Shown here: positions 1-9,113 of the stretch, piece after piece
Position numbering within the stretch: the stretch's first letter is position 1
Layout of the letters: every line of letters begins with the position of its first letter
Assembly (NCBI GenBank): GCA_049515895.1
Contig: JBEKTQ010000014.1
Coordinates: 20,943 to 84,942 of the forward strand
Length of the DNA stretch: 64,000 bases
DNA from: Candidatus Bathyarchaeia archaeon
GTDB taxonomy: Archaea > Thermoproteota > Bathyarchaeia > Bathyarchaeales > Bathycorpusculaceae
Reading direction: 5' to 3'
Program-made: the position numbers and the translations under genes
Notes under the pieces: generated by a model
Told to the model about the DNA's origin: nothing
Seen by the model: the letters and a program-made list of their open reading frames with translations, nothing else
Databases searched by the model: none

Positions 1-246
1 GGAAGAAACACATCTTACAAAGAATATATCTCCCTGAATCCACCAAACCCGAGGCTCCATAACTGCAAAGCCATCAGACCATGCTTTCCACCATAAGCGT
101 AGGTTGCGAGCCCACAAGCCCGTAACCAGTTGCCTAATATTAGAATCCGAAGGAAGAACTGAGGAAACGATTACAACATTCTCACGTGCTTCTGGATCGT
201 AGAAACTCTTTGTTTGAGTTTCTATTTCTCGTTCATCTTCAAACAT
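1..246 (-). CDS. Hypothetical protein, runs off the left edge of the window
   Basis: ATG at 246 then an open frame (MFEDEREIETQTKSFYDPEARENVVIVSS...) to position 1; no recognisable motif. Confidence 0.5.
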   Translation of the reverse strand, partial: MFEDEREIETQTKSFYDPEARENVVIVSSVLPSDSNIRQLVTGLWARNLRLWWKAWSDGFAVMEPRVWWIQGDIFFVRCVSS

Positions 247-342
247 TGAGCCTCATTCTTTTGGAATGTTTCAGCTTCACATACTATAACTTATTGAATT
301 CGTAGTATAGATTTATTAATTGTAGAAGAAATATGCACTTAT

Positions 343-657
343 ATGGGTGGGTCTGGTCACGATCATGGCGGTAGAGGAGAAAACAGAAGTGGTTTCCAGA
401 CTCGCAGTAGGGAACATGACCGACGCGAAGCATTGCGGGCTTTGGACAAAGCTACACGTGATAACCGAGCTAACCAATTGAACCCAACGCATTCGGCTTA
501 TCATCTAAGTGGGCTTTCTAATGAACAGTTTGGCTCGGCTTCTAAGATGACTATTGAGGATGCTCGCAGGATTCAATCAAGTTCTGACCGAGAAGACAAG
601 AATGAAGATTTCAAGTCAAGAGCTATGTCTGCTGCCGCCAAGAATGAGAACAAATGA
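343..657 (+). CDS. Small hydrophilic stress/LEA(SMP)-like protein
   Basis: DNRANQLNP motif plus C-terminal MTxEDARRIQS...DFKSRAMSAAAKN resembling seed-maturation-protein-like repeats. Confidence 0.6.
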   Translation: MGGSGHDHGGRGENRSGFQTRSREHDRREALRALDKATRDNRANQLNPTHSAYHLSGLSNEQFGSASKMTIEDARRIQSSSDREDKNEDFKSRAMSAAAKNENK

Positions 658-794
658 AGCGCGCGTTATAACCAGAAAGGAAAACGCAACGATCGGGCTC
701 AACGTTATTGCCACTTCTTTAGTGTGTTTTAAGAATTCTGTGAGTTGAAGGGGGATCCCAGCACCATTTTACCAGCAAAAAATTGCTCTTGGAC

Positions 795-817
795 TGGGAC
801 CGATGAGATTTAAACCA
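795..817 (+). repeat. Possible decayed att site (copy of the tRNA-Pro 3' end)
   Basis: tgggaccgatgagatttaaacca vs tggggccgctgggatttgaaccc (46957-46979): 18/23 identical, same orientation, intergenic. Confidence 0.4.
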
Positions 818-883
818 TAACGCATGGGAGATACCACCCCATTTTCTCTTTTTTTTAAACATCCTGAAATACTGAAAAATTGC

Positions 884-1648
884 TTAACGATCGCTTGCAA
901 ACTGTTTAATCCAGTCTTTGAAGTACATTTTAACTCTGTCTATGTCATCGTCTGAGAGAGGATTGTGATGTGCAATTATATTTCTTGATAACTCAACTTC
1001 CTCTATCCTGTTCGTTAGCCATTCTATCGGTCTATCAACATCAGGCAGCTTATCCTGGAAGTCTTCATAATTTGAAGTAATGATTTTTTGTAGATCGTCT
1101 ATGTCAACATAAAAGATAGGATGCTCTCCCCTAGTCCCATGCCATCGATTTCTTCCTTCTTTACTTTGCCTATCCTTAGCTTTCTGCTGAATTTTCACAT
1201 TTACCTTTGAAACCCACCAATCTTTTCCGTACTTGCTCAGACTTTCGATTATGAAATAGCGTATTGAGTTTTCGAAGACATACAAATAAGGGTAAACTGA
1301 AGCCATTTTTTTCGCGTCTTTCAAAACTGAATCAGGCACGTTAGGGCAATTAATCTTTACCTCATTATCTAGCCGAACAACCGGTCTTTTGGTAATTTCA
1401 ATGGGTGCTCTACTCATTTGTACCAGGGGTTGCGTTGACCTCATTGCCTCTCTAACTTCAGCCAGTTCTTGACCCGTTAGATGTTTGGAAATATCTATAC
1501 CATTTTCTGAAGCAAGTATGTAAGCCGCGGTCTCCGTCGAATAAGCATAACCTATTTGCTTTTTCTTTCTGTCTATCGTTGCATATAGCCCAGGGACCGA
1601 CAATCCTATTTTTGCCTTAAGCAACTTGAGTACTTCCTGATTTATCAT
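884..1648 (-). CDS. Swt1-family HEPN domain protein (putative RNase)
   Basis: YPYLYVFENSIRYFI...WW...RNIIAH; intact Rx4H HEPN motif; extra N-terminal helical domain. Confidence 0.8.
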   Translation of the reverse strand: MINQEVLKLLKAKIGLSVPGLYATIDRKKKQIGYAYSTETAAYILASENGIDISKHLTGQELAEVREAMRSTQPLVQMSRAPIEITKRPVVRLDNEVKINCPNVPDSVLKDAKKMASVYPYLYVFENSIRYFIIESLSKYGKDWWVSKVNVKIQQKAKDRQSKEGRNRWHGTRGEHPIFYVDIDDLQKIITSNYEDFQDKLPDVDRPIEWLTNRIEEVELSRNIIAHHNPLSDDDIDRVKMYFKDWIKQFASDR

Positions 1649-2028
1649 TATTCAGCCTTTTTATCGGATAATTGTTGAACCTGATCATCGCTTTCGCCGC
1701 TTTCTGGTTTTGGGACTTCTATGCCAAATTCTTCCAAATCAAACGCTCTTTTGAATCTTTTACCGCCTTGAACCGACATGTTTTCACCTATTCCTAACTT
1801 GGCCCAAGTTTTCCAATGCCTAGTGACCGTCTCAGTACTAGCAATTTTGGTGATTTTACAAAGTTCAACTGATCCCTTGCTTCCGTTGCTTAGCTGGTAT
1901 AACAAACGCTCTTGTGCAGTTTCCAACGTGGATATCAGCACTTCTTTGACAGCCTTCATTCCTGAGAACTTTGTCCATTTAAGAATCTCTCGCAATAACT
2001 CTGTTTGTATCTCGTCTTGAGGATTCAT
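1648..2028 (-). CDS. Winged-HTH protein, paralog 3 of tandem family
   Basis: LLREILKWTKF...LYQLSNG...TVTRHWKTWAKLGI...RFKRAFDLEEFGI; aligns with 2321-2716 and 2713-3102. Confidence 0.75.
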   Translation of the reverse strand: MNPQDEIQTELLREILKWTKFSGMKAVKEVLISTLETAQERLLYQLSNGSKGSVELCKITKIASTETVTRHWKTWAKLGIGENMSVQGGKRFKRAFDLEEFGIEVPKPESGESDDQVQQLSDKKAE

Positions 2029-2324
2029 GATTTTGGTACCTCTTCGGTCGATGATTGAGTCGGCGTTCCATCTTCTGCTTTTGTAGCTTTCTTTTCAAGT
2101 TTCTCTTTTTTCTTTGATATTAAGCTAAGTTGGACGCACACATTTTGGATGCTCTTGTTCAGAACTTTAGCGATTTCTGATGATGTGAACCCCATAGAGA
2201 CAAGGAGCTCGATTTTTTCTTGTTCTGTCCCATAATCCTTGATTATGCTTGCTGCAAGTAGTTTGGTCATTCTATCAAGCTTATTTGAGATTTCTTTTAG
2301 CAAGTCATCCGTAGTTGTCATCAA
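2025..2324 (-). CDS. Small HTH protein (sigma70-r4/LuxR-like) with N-terminal coiled coil
   Basis: GFTSSEIAKVLNKSIQNV HTH pattern; 4-bp overlaps with both neighbours. Confidence 0.7.
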   Translation of the reverse strand: MMTTTDDLLKEISNKLDRMTKLLAASIIKDYGTEQEKIELLVSMGFTSSEIAKVLNKSIQNVCVQLSLISKKKEKLEKKATKAEDGTPTQSSTEEVPKS

Positions 2325-2716
2325 ACTTCATCTTTTTCTTCACTTGATTCGCTCTTTTCAGGTTGTTTTGAGGGAGCGCTTCCCGGTTTAGACTGGGGAA
2401 CATTAAAGCCAAAATCCTCTAGTTCGAACGCTTTCTTGTATCTTATTCCGCCCTGAACCGGGATTGGCTCCATGATGCCTAATCTGTACCATGCTTCCCA
2501 ATACCTTCCCACTGTACTACTTCCTACATTTGCTGCTTTTCCGATTTCAATTGTTCCCTTTTTTCCATCGCTCAGGTGATAAATCAAACGCTTTTGTTCA
2601 GTCTCGAGAGCACTTGACATTACGGCTCTAACTTCTTTTACACCTGTAAATTTGAGCCATCTTAGCATTTCTTTGAGAGTTTTCAGAATTTCCTCGTTGA
2701 CTTTTTCGCTCATCAA
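2321..2716 (-). CDS. Winged-HTH protein, paralog 2 of tandem family
   Basis: LKEMLRWLKF...IYHLSDG...TVGRYWEAWYRLGI...RYKKAFELEDFG. Confidence 0.75.
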   Translation of the reverse strand: MMSEKVNEEILKTLKEMLRWLKFTGVKEVRAVMSSALETEQKRLIYHLSDGKKGTIEIGKAANVGSSTVGRYWEAWYRLGIMEPIPVQGGIRYKKAFELEDFGFNVPQSKPGSAPSKQPEKSESSEEKDEV

Positions 2717-3102
2717 GTGCCCTCTTCATTTTCAGTCACCGCAGTTTCAGTAGGCATTACAGCATTAGGGGGAATAGAGATGCCGACCTCTTCCAAAGAA
2801 CAAAAATGTTGGTATCGACCTTGTCGCTTTTGCGACGGTTCAACAATGCCAAGCTTGCTCCATTTTTCCCAGTATCTAACTATGGTGGCAATGCTTCCGA
2901 TACTAGCAAGCCTAGCTATTTCCCTTGTTGTCCGCTCTCCATCTGATAACTCATAAACTAGCAATTCTCGGTCGTTTGTGAGGTTTTGGATCAAGAGGTC
3001 CCTGAGCTGTTGAAGACTGGCAAATCGCGTCCATTTCAAGAGTTGATCTAACTTGGCTTCGATATTTCTAAGCACACCAAGCTCTAGTTCGTCTGAGGAC
3101 AT
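2713..3102 (-). CDS. Winged-HTH protein, paralog 1 of tandem family
   Basis: LDQLLKWTRF...VYELSDGERTTREIARL...TIVRYWEKWSKLGI. Confidence 0.75.
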   Translation of the reverse strand: MSSDELELGVLRNIEAKLDQLLKWTRFASLQQLRDLLIQNLTNDRELLVYELSDGERTTREIARLASIGSIATIVRYWEKWSKLGIVEPSQKRQGRYQHFCSLEEVGISIPPNAVMPTETAVTENEEGT

Positions 3103-3231
3103 GGTTATCTATTTCTATTGGTTTTAACAATTATTTAAATGTTTGTTTAATTGATTAGATGATGTCTTTATCGCCAATAAAAAGTGCTAATTTGTCAGCA
3201 ATACAAAACAAATCTTTGTAGCGATTAAAAA

Positions 3232-4383
3232 TCAATCCGTTGAAATGAATTCATAGTTCTTCCACCAGTCTGTTATCTTTTGTACAAACTCTTGTCTTGT
3301 TTCATTACTTCTGACCCATTCTTTTGATTGGATTAACATTTTTTGATGTTTCAAAACAGCTTTTGCTTTTCGTATTCGGCTAGTTCCCTCATCATATTGA
3401 CCCTCAACTTGTCCTGACGTAAGCCATCTTGCCTCTTCTAATTCCTTCTCCAAAAGGAACAAGTTTCCTTTGTTGTCTCGACCGAATCTTGGATAAAGAT
3501 GTATATGAAAAGGAAAATGCTCTGTCTCACATTCGCTAACCATGTATACTTTTGTGCACTTTTTGCCAGTACTTTCTCCATTTGACGTTAGGTGAGCCTT
3601 CATCTGAAATGCAAGATTATGAGCAACAAGCATGATTTCCTGAAAATGAGTTGAATTAATGAAAAGGCCTTCATCGCTAATGTCGTTTTCTCTGATGCTT
3701 TTCCATGAAACGATCATCACATGCCCAAAAGATGCTGGCCTGTCAGGCACTACTGCCCAGACAGAATTATCTCTACTTCTGTGTATTACCCGTCCAGCGA
3801 AGGCTTCTTTGAAGGGGGTCCAATCTTGCTCTATTTGAGCACTGCAATGATACCATCCCAGCGTGCGTTCGATTTCAGACCTGATTCTCGTTTTTATCTT
3901 TGCTGGAGCTCGTCTGATGTACATTTCAGCATTATGGATATCGCTTGCGTCGAGATTCCTTAAATAATCAATGGCTTCTTGGCTAGTAAAGGAACTTTTA
4001 AAACTTGGCTGCAGATTTGTCCAAACAACAGCATCCACATTCCTCATTCTTGCCCAAGATCTAATGATTGGCACAGCACCCGCTTTATCAGCTCCAATAT
4101 TTTTCCGACCTCGTGTCAGAATATAACTAATATTCTTTGAACTAGTGTTTTCTCTTTTAGCTAAATCGCATATTACCTCTTGGAGATTGTCACTCTCTAA
4201 AAGGGCCCAGAAAGTTTCAATTTTTTTCGCCCCAGGGAACAAAACCAGGGTCAATCGTCCTCCACTGGATTTTCGAGCAAATTCTAGAGGTAGTAGAGGG
4301 CCTTTTTCTTGCCACCCTCCCTTAATTTTCAAATCGCCCGGATTCCAAACCAATGAGCCCCATGCGAGCAACACAATCTGCAA
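3232..4383 (-). CDS. Gamma-glutamylcyclotransferase-like domain fused to a HIT-family nucleotide hydrolase
   Basis: N-terminal LAWGSLVWNP (GGCT/ChaC-like); C-terminal GHVMIV...HFPFHIHLYPR (HIT-like). Likely TTG start at 4383 rather than ATG at 4506. Confidence 0.65.
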   Translation of the reverse strand: MQIVLLAWGSLVWNPGDLKIKGGWQEKGPLLPLEFARKSSGGRLTLVLFPGAKKIETFWALLESDNLQEVICDLAKRENTSSKNISYILTRGRKNIGADKAGAVPIIRSWARMRNVDAVVWTNLQPSFKSSFTSQEAIDYLRNLDASDIHNAEMYIRRAPAKIKTRIRSEIERTLGWYHCSAQIEQDWTPFKEAFAGRVIHRSRDNSVWAVVPDRPASFGHVMIVSWKSIRENDISDEGLFINSTHFQEIMLVAHNLAFQMKAHLTSNGESTGKKCTKVYMVSECETEHFPFHIHLYPRFGRDNKGNLFLLEKELEEARWLTSGQVEGQYDEGTSRIRKAKAVLKHQKMLIQSKEWVRSNETRQEFVQKITDWWKNYEFISTD

Positions 4384-4569
4384 AGTTAGCCCTTCTTTTA
4401 TTACAGTAACTGTGTTCTTCAATAAAATACTTACCAAGCAAGTACGTTGTGATCCCGATTTTGCCTTTAAGAGATAGCGCGTCGCGGCGCAAAATTCTTT
4501 AGTCATCTACAAGTTGTTAGAAAAAATGATCATTCAAAACCTTATAAGGCGAATCAATAAAGTAAGCCT

Positions 4570-5325
4570 ATGTCACTAGAAAAAGCATATGATTCAATCA
4601 AAAGCTATATTCCCAAAAATAATATTGAATCGTTTGAGGTTTTAAAACAAATTCAAGAGTATTGGAACTATTGGAAACCAATCAATACTGTTAATGTTCT
4701 TCTTTTGGCTGAGTCTCATGTCTATACAAGTCAAGAAGATTTTGAAGCAAGTTATAGTAAGATTAAGTTAGAGTCTTTCATCAAGAATTATCCAATAAAG
4801 TTTGTTAGATTAGTCTATTGTTTTGCATACGGTGAGCCAGATCTGCTCAATGAAAGTCTAGAAGATAACTCAGGCACTACTCAGTTCTGGAAGATATTTT
4901 GTGCATGCACTTCTAAGACTGAAAATGACTTGGCTTTTAGAAGGATACTGAAAAGTGATGTATCCTTTTTCCCAAGAATGAGAAACAAAGTTAACATTCT
5001 CAATGAGTTGAAAGCCAGAGGCATTTGGTTAATTGATTCCAGCCTAGTTGGTATTTACAGAGGAGCCATAGATGAAAAATCAGATGTAATATGTGCTTCT
5101 TGGGACAATTATGTAAAGGATGTTGTGATTCAAGCCCACCCAAAGTATATCGCAGTGATCGGAAAAGGTGTAGCAGATTCTCTTGGCAGAAGGTTATCTT
5201 CTATTTGTTCCACAATTAATGCTGATTACACTGTGCTACCGCAACCTCAAGCAGTCAGAGGACCGCATGAAGAACAAATGGAGTATTACAGGCAATACCA
5301 AAGAATATGCTCTAAATATGCTTAG
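4570..5325 (+). CDS. Uracil-DNA glycosylase superfamily protein
   Basis: YWKP..VNVLLLAESH (motif-A-like), GIWLID, IAVIGKGV, LPQPQ (motif-B-like). Confidence 0.6.
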   Translation: MSLEKAYDSIKSYIPKNNIESFEVLKQIQEYWNYWKPINTVNVLLLAESHVYTSQEDFEASYSKIKLESFIKNYPIKFVRLVYCFAYGEPDLLNESLEDNSGTTQFWKIFCACTSKTENDLAFRRILKSDVSFFPRMRNKVNILNELKARGIWLIDSSLVGIYRGAIDEKSDVICASWDNYVKDVVIQAHPKYIAVIGKGVADSLGRRLSSICSTINADYTVLPQPQAVRGPHEEQMEYYRQYQRICSKYA

Positions 5326-5339
5326 CCCGCGCTGTGACA

Positions 5340-6191
5340 CTATGGAAATGAAGCAATGGCAAGTGACTGGAATATTCCGTATAGACGCATGGAGTATCTC
5401 AAAGAATCAATAGCATCAGCTATTTGCATCCACATTGCAAAAAAATCGGAAAAAGTCATAGCATCTGGGGACTCGTAAGTAATCTTCCCAACTTTGTCTC
5501 TGGAAACAAAATGGACGCTGTCAAGTATTGGGTCATATTGATTTTGGGAATGAGCGATTGCATTCCGTATAGAGTTCTTTTCAGGCCAGTTTTCCAAGAA
5601 GATGGGTATTTCGAGATGGGATTTTTCAAAATTATGCCATATATCCCAAACACCGTCAGACGCAGTGGTTTCGGGTAAACTTATGCCCATTTTTGCCATT
5701 AGAAAATAGAGTATTTTCGCAGCTGATGAAAAAATTCCTTCGATTGCTTGTTCATAAATTGTGCATGCATCCCTGAACATATTATTGCTTTCTTCAGAAC
5801 TGCGGTCGTCTTTTTGTAAAAGTTCAGCGAGAGATTTGCTTAAGGAGTTTACGTATTCATCTCGCTGGTTCATTTTCTTTAATAAATCAACTAAATATTC
5901 TGGCGGGGGCAACTGTTCTTTATCTACTGCCATTAAACCTGCGAAAACGATTACTTGAGTTTGAGAGTAACATTTTCGTCGATAGTCTTTTCCTGCAGGG
6001 TAAGCGTTTTCAAATTCCATTTTGAAGGTTTCGCCAATTTTGATAACAGCGTCCAAAATACCTTTAATCGATGTGGTCTGTTTATTGTCAACCGACTTTG
6101 CTAATGAAACTATTTGAGAAGAGGTTTTTTCATATCCTTGTTGTTCAAAGAAATTTGCTTCGTCTAACACATTACAAATCTCATCTTTCAT
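5340..6191 (-). CDS. Hypothetical protein with C-terminal HEPN-like domain
   Basis: Helical protein containing SIRNAIAH (Rx4H). Confidence 0.55.
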   Translation of the reverse strand: MKDEICNVLDEANFFEQQGYEKTSSQIVSLAKSVDNKQTTSIKGILDAVIKIGETFKMEFENAYPAGKDYRRKCYSQTQVIVFAGLMAVDKEQLPPPEYLVDLLKKMNQRDEYVNSLSKSLAELLQKDDRSSEESNNMFRDACTIYEQAIEGIFSSAAKILYFLMAKMGISLPETTASDGVWDIWHNFEKSHLEIPIFLENWPEKNSIRNAIAHSQNQYDPILDSVHFVSRDKVGKITYESPDAMTFSDFFAMWMQIADAIDSLRYSMRLYGIFQSLAIASFP

Positions 6192-6572
6192 GTTAAATCC
6201 CTAAATTTTTTGCTAGTTTCACGGCAGCATGTTTACTGACTATGTTCTGCTCCATTATCCTTTCCTCGCGTTTATTCTTACTGCAGGAAGGTTCACCAAG
6301 CAAATTACCTTAGTATCTCCAAAGGGTTTTTTTGTTTCTGTATGGTGATAGTGCGCGCCTTAACAAAAAGGGTCAGAAAGTTTGGGAGGTTGCGCGCGCG
6401 CATGCAAACGACGCCTGTTCTTGTATCAGCTTGATTGGCTTATATTTTTTCGCACATTAACAGACCGCAGTCATGCACGCACCTTTTCTTTTCAGACGAA
6501 TTAGACCCGAGGCGTGCACATACCCTAAATTTAATAACAAAAACCTACCTACACTACTTGAGTGAAGATTGG

Positions 6573-6845
6573 ATGGATGTCATCACTTTACTTCTTTACA
6601 TGTTCTTTGGCTTTGTTCTACTGATGATAATCCTAGTTGGAATCGCTTTCCTGAGAGCGCTGTTTGGCATTCATTCAGCAAGCGGACCCCAATCTAACAG
6701 CAAGATAACCGAACACGTACCTGCCAGTGATGAAGAGGACCAAATCGCGAAAGACATACAGGAAGATAGTGAAGGGGATGGGTTGATGCTATTCGACGAT
6801 CCTATGTTTCCCCCAGAATCCGATGATGAGGATGACGATTCATGA
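6573..6845 (+). CDS. Small single-pass membrane protein with acidic tail
   Basis: MDVITLLLYMFFGFVLLMIILVGIAFL hydrophobic segment then D/E-rich tail; internal ATG preferred over TTG at 6435. Confidence 0.55.
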   Translation: MDVITLLLYMFFGFVLLMIILVGIAFLRALFGIHSASGPQSNSKITEHVPASDEEDQIAKDIQEDSEGDGLMLFDDPMFPPESDDEDDDS

Positions 6846-6943
6846 AAATGAAAATATCAAAATTACTCGAAGAAGAGCCTGATGACGATGAGGAAGATTG
6901 GCCACTTCCTGATGAACCTGATAATCCGGAAAATGAACCTTGA
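6842..6943 (+). CDS. Acidic micro-protein (33 aa)
   Basis: ATGA overlap with the preceding stop; MKMKISKLLEEEPDDDEEDWPLPDEPDNPENEP. Confidence 0.35.
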   Translation: MKMKISKLLEEEPDDDEEDWPLPDEPDNPENEP

Positions 6944-6956
6944 ATTGAAAAGGCTC

Positions 6957-8285
6957 CTAATCCATACTTTTCTTTAGCTCATAGAGCAGTTTTGGTATGT
7001 CTGCACCATCGTAGATTTCATCAAAAATATCTGGGTAGTCTTTTTCGACTCTTTCCTTAAATGAGGACGGAACTATAAGAATCAGGTAATACAGGTCTTT
7101 GTATGATTGCCGAAAGAAGCGTAGTTTATCTACAAATTCCGTCTCTTCAGGATAAATTTGTGAAGGAGTTACCCACATTGGAAATCGCTCTCGCCCGTAT
7201 GAGACTATTCTCTTTTCAAGAGGTGTCCAAATGCCGTGTGGCTCCAAAAGAACTATGTGACCCTTTCTTCTAACGCGCGGAAGAACAAAGTCAGGCTTAT
7301 AATGAGGCGCTGGGCTTTCTTTTGGTAGCGACAACGGGTATGGCTCGAAAAGAAATATGAGTTTGAGCTTGTTGAGTTCTTCCCGCACGTTTTTCTCAAA
7401 CGTTGATTCATTTCTTGCAACGACATCAAAAGTAATTATTGGCCGGTTAAGCTGGCCGTTAATTTTTTTCCAGAATTGAAGATGACTTTTTAATACAGAA
7501 AAGCTTAGTTTCTCATCCCTAATCCAGCGACCCAAGACATAAAAAGGGTAATCGATCACGGCTGGGTCTTCGGGAAACAAATGATTGGCAAATTCGGTAA
7601 CGTTTGCTCGTTCGGATTCGATTTCTTCGGGGTGACTCCAATCTGGAACAGGGTTCTTACATAAACCCAAACAGTACGCTACATTTCTGACAAAAGAAGT
7701 CAGAGGAATTTTGAGTTTTTTTGCTGATATATTTTGAAAAACGCCTAGATCAGGGTAAGGACGAACCATCCATCTCAAGTACATCCAAGCGTGGTCAATA
7801 TGAACCCCACCCATTTGCGGGATCTCGGTCGCTATTTCTTTGACCAAGCATTCAGGATCAGAAAATCGCTGAGCAAATTTCACGAGGCTTCCATTGGCAG
7901 TTTTATCAACAAAGAGATTAATTGATTCGAGCACCTGCGGAATCCTGTATTTGCCAGGACCTAGAGGATAGTACGTGTTGAATTCTTCAGCAATCTTCTG
8001 GATTCTATTCTTTTGCCCTGGTATAAACAAGCCGTTACCTAAGGCACTATGAGCTGAGACCATAAACGCTCTAGCCTTCTCCGACGTGCCTACCAGTTCA
8101 GCGGTGTCTAAAGCAGATATCAGCAGGAAGTAATGGGCGGTTTTCTCTTTTTCAGTCGATGAATAAGGGTCAAAAAGAAGCTTCGATGAACTAGTTTTAT
8201 CCCAATGAAGCTCAGTAACTGCTGAGCTTTTTTCAACATATTCTTTCAGGAGCGGCTTTAATTGATCAATCTCGTTTTCTGTCAT
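6957..8285 (-). CDS. DUF2400 (HhH-glycosylase-like) domain fused to a PD-(D/E)XK-type nuclease
   Basis: WMYLRWMVR...DLG...LKIPL...FPEDPAVIDYP (DUF2400/TIGR02757 hallmarks); C-terminal YKPDFVL...LLEPHG. Confidence 0.65.
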   Translation of the reverse strand: MTENEIDQLKPLLKEYVEKSSAVTELHWDKTSSSKLLFDPYSSTEKEKTAHYFLLISALDTAELVGTSEKARAFMVSAHSALGNGLFIPGQKNRIQKIAEEFNTYYPLGPGKYRIPQVLESINLFVDKTANGSLVKFAQRFSDPECLVKEIATEIPQMGGVHIDHAWMYLRWMVRPYPDLGVFQNISAKKLKIPLTSFVRNVAYCLGLCKNPVPDWSHPEEIESERANVTEFANHLFPEDPAVIDYPFYVLGRWIRDEKLSFSVLKSHLQFWKKINGQLNRPIITFDVVARNESTFEKNVREELNKLKLIFLFEPYPLSLPKESPAPHYKPDFVLPRVRRKGHIVLLEPHGIWTPLEKRIVSYGRERFPMWVTPSQIYPEETEFVDKLRFFRQSYKDLYYLILIVPSSFKERVEKDYPDIFDEIYDGADIPKLLYELKKSMD

Positions 8286-8409
8286 CTTAAAGCTCGTTTA
8301 ACACGTACGCTTTCATAATTTAAATAATTATGCGCGTCAACTGAGACCTGCGGAATTTGACAGAATTATGAAAGATTAATGTACTTCTATAAACACCGTC
8401 ATTTTTCGA

Positions 8410-9090
8410 ATGCCGAAAATCAGAGCAGTATTGTTCGACCTTGATAATACTTTAAGCGATTTTATGCTCATGAAGGAGCAAGCATGCCGAGCCGCCACGC
8501 AGGCAATGATAACTGCCGGATTGAAAATGAACGAAGATGAGGCTTACTCTCAACTTATTGATACTTATTTCAGAGTTGGGATAGAGTCTAATGATGCTTT
8601 TACAAAGTTCCTGAAAAATGCTGGCCAGTTTGACTATAAGATATTAGCCGCAGCCATCAACTCTTATCTGGATGCAAAAGCCAAGTACTTGAAACCTTAT
8701 CCCAACGTTAGACCCGTATTAAGAAAGCTTCAGAAAAAAGGCCTTTTTCTTTCAATAGTTACTGATGCCCCGAAAACTAAAGCCTACCAGCGATTGCTCT
8801 GCATGGAGATAGAATCATACTTCAAGTTCGTCGTTGGTTATGAAGATACAAACAACTCCAAGAGCACCGGTCTTCCCCTTTTGCTCGCTTTAGAAATGCT
8901 TAAGAAAGAAATAGCGGGTGTAGAGAATGGTGAAATACTTATGGTCGGAGACTCAATGGAAAGAGATATGATTCCCGCCATAAAGTTAGGGTTGCGAACT
9001 GCGCTTTGTAAATATGGTCAAAAAACAGTTGAAAAAGGAAATCCCGATTATATTCTTGAAGGTATCAAAGATATCCTTAAGATCTTATAG
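8410..9090 (+). CDS. HAD-superfamily hydrolase (subfamily IA)
   Basis: FDLDNTL motif I, IVTD motif II, MVGDSMERD motif IV. Confidence 0.9.
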   Translation: MPKIRAVLFDLDNTLSDFMLMKEQACRAATQAMITAGLKMNEDEAYSQLIDTYFRVGIESNDAFTKFLKNAGQFDYKILAAAINSYLDAKAKYLKPYPNVRPVLRKLQKKGLFLSIVTDAPKTKAYQRLLCMEIESYFKFVVGYEDTNNSKSTGLPLLLALEMLKKEIAGVENGEILMVGDSMERDMIPAIKLGLRTALCKYGQKTVEKGNPDYILEGIKDILKIL

Positions 9091-9113
9091 GTTTATTTCC
9101 CTTCAGAAACGAA

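Noticed and set aside
8309-8374. Inverted repeat ctttcataatt...aattatgaaag as a mobile-element end
   Set aside because: Better explained by back-to-back AT-rich promoter or operator elements of two divergent genes
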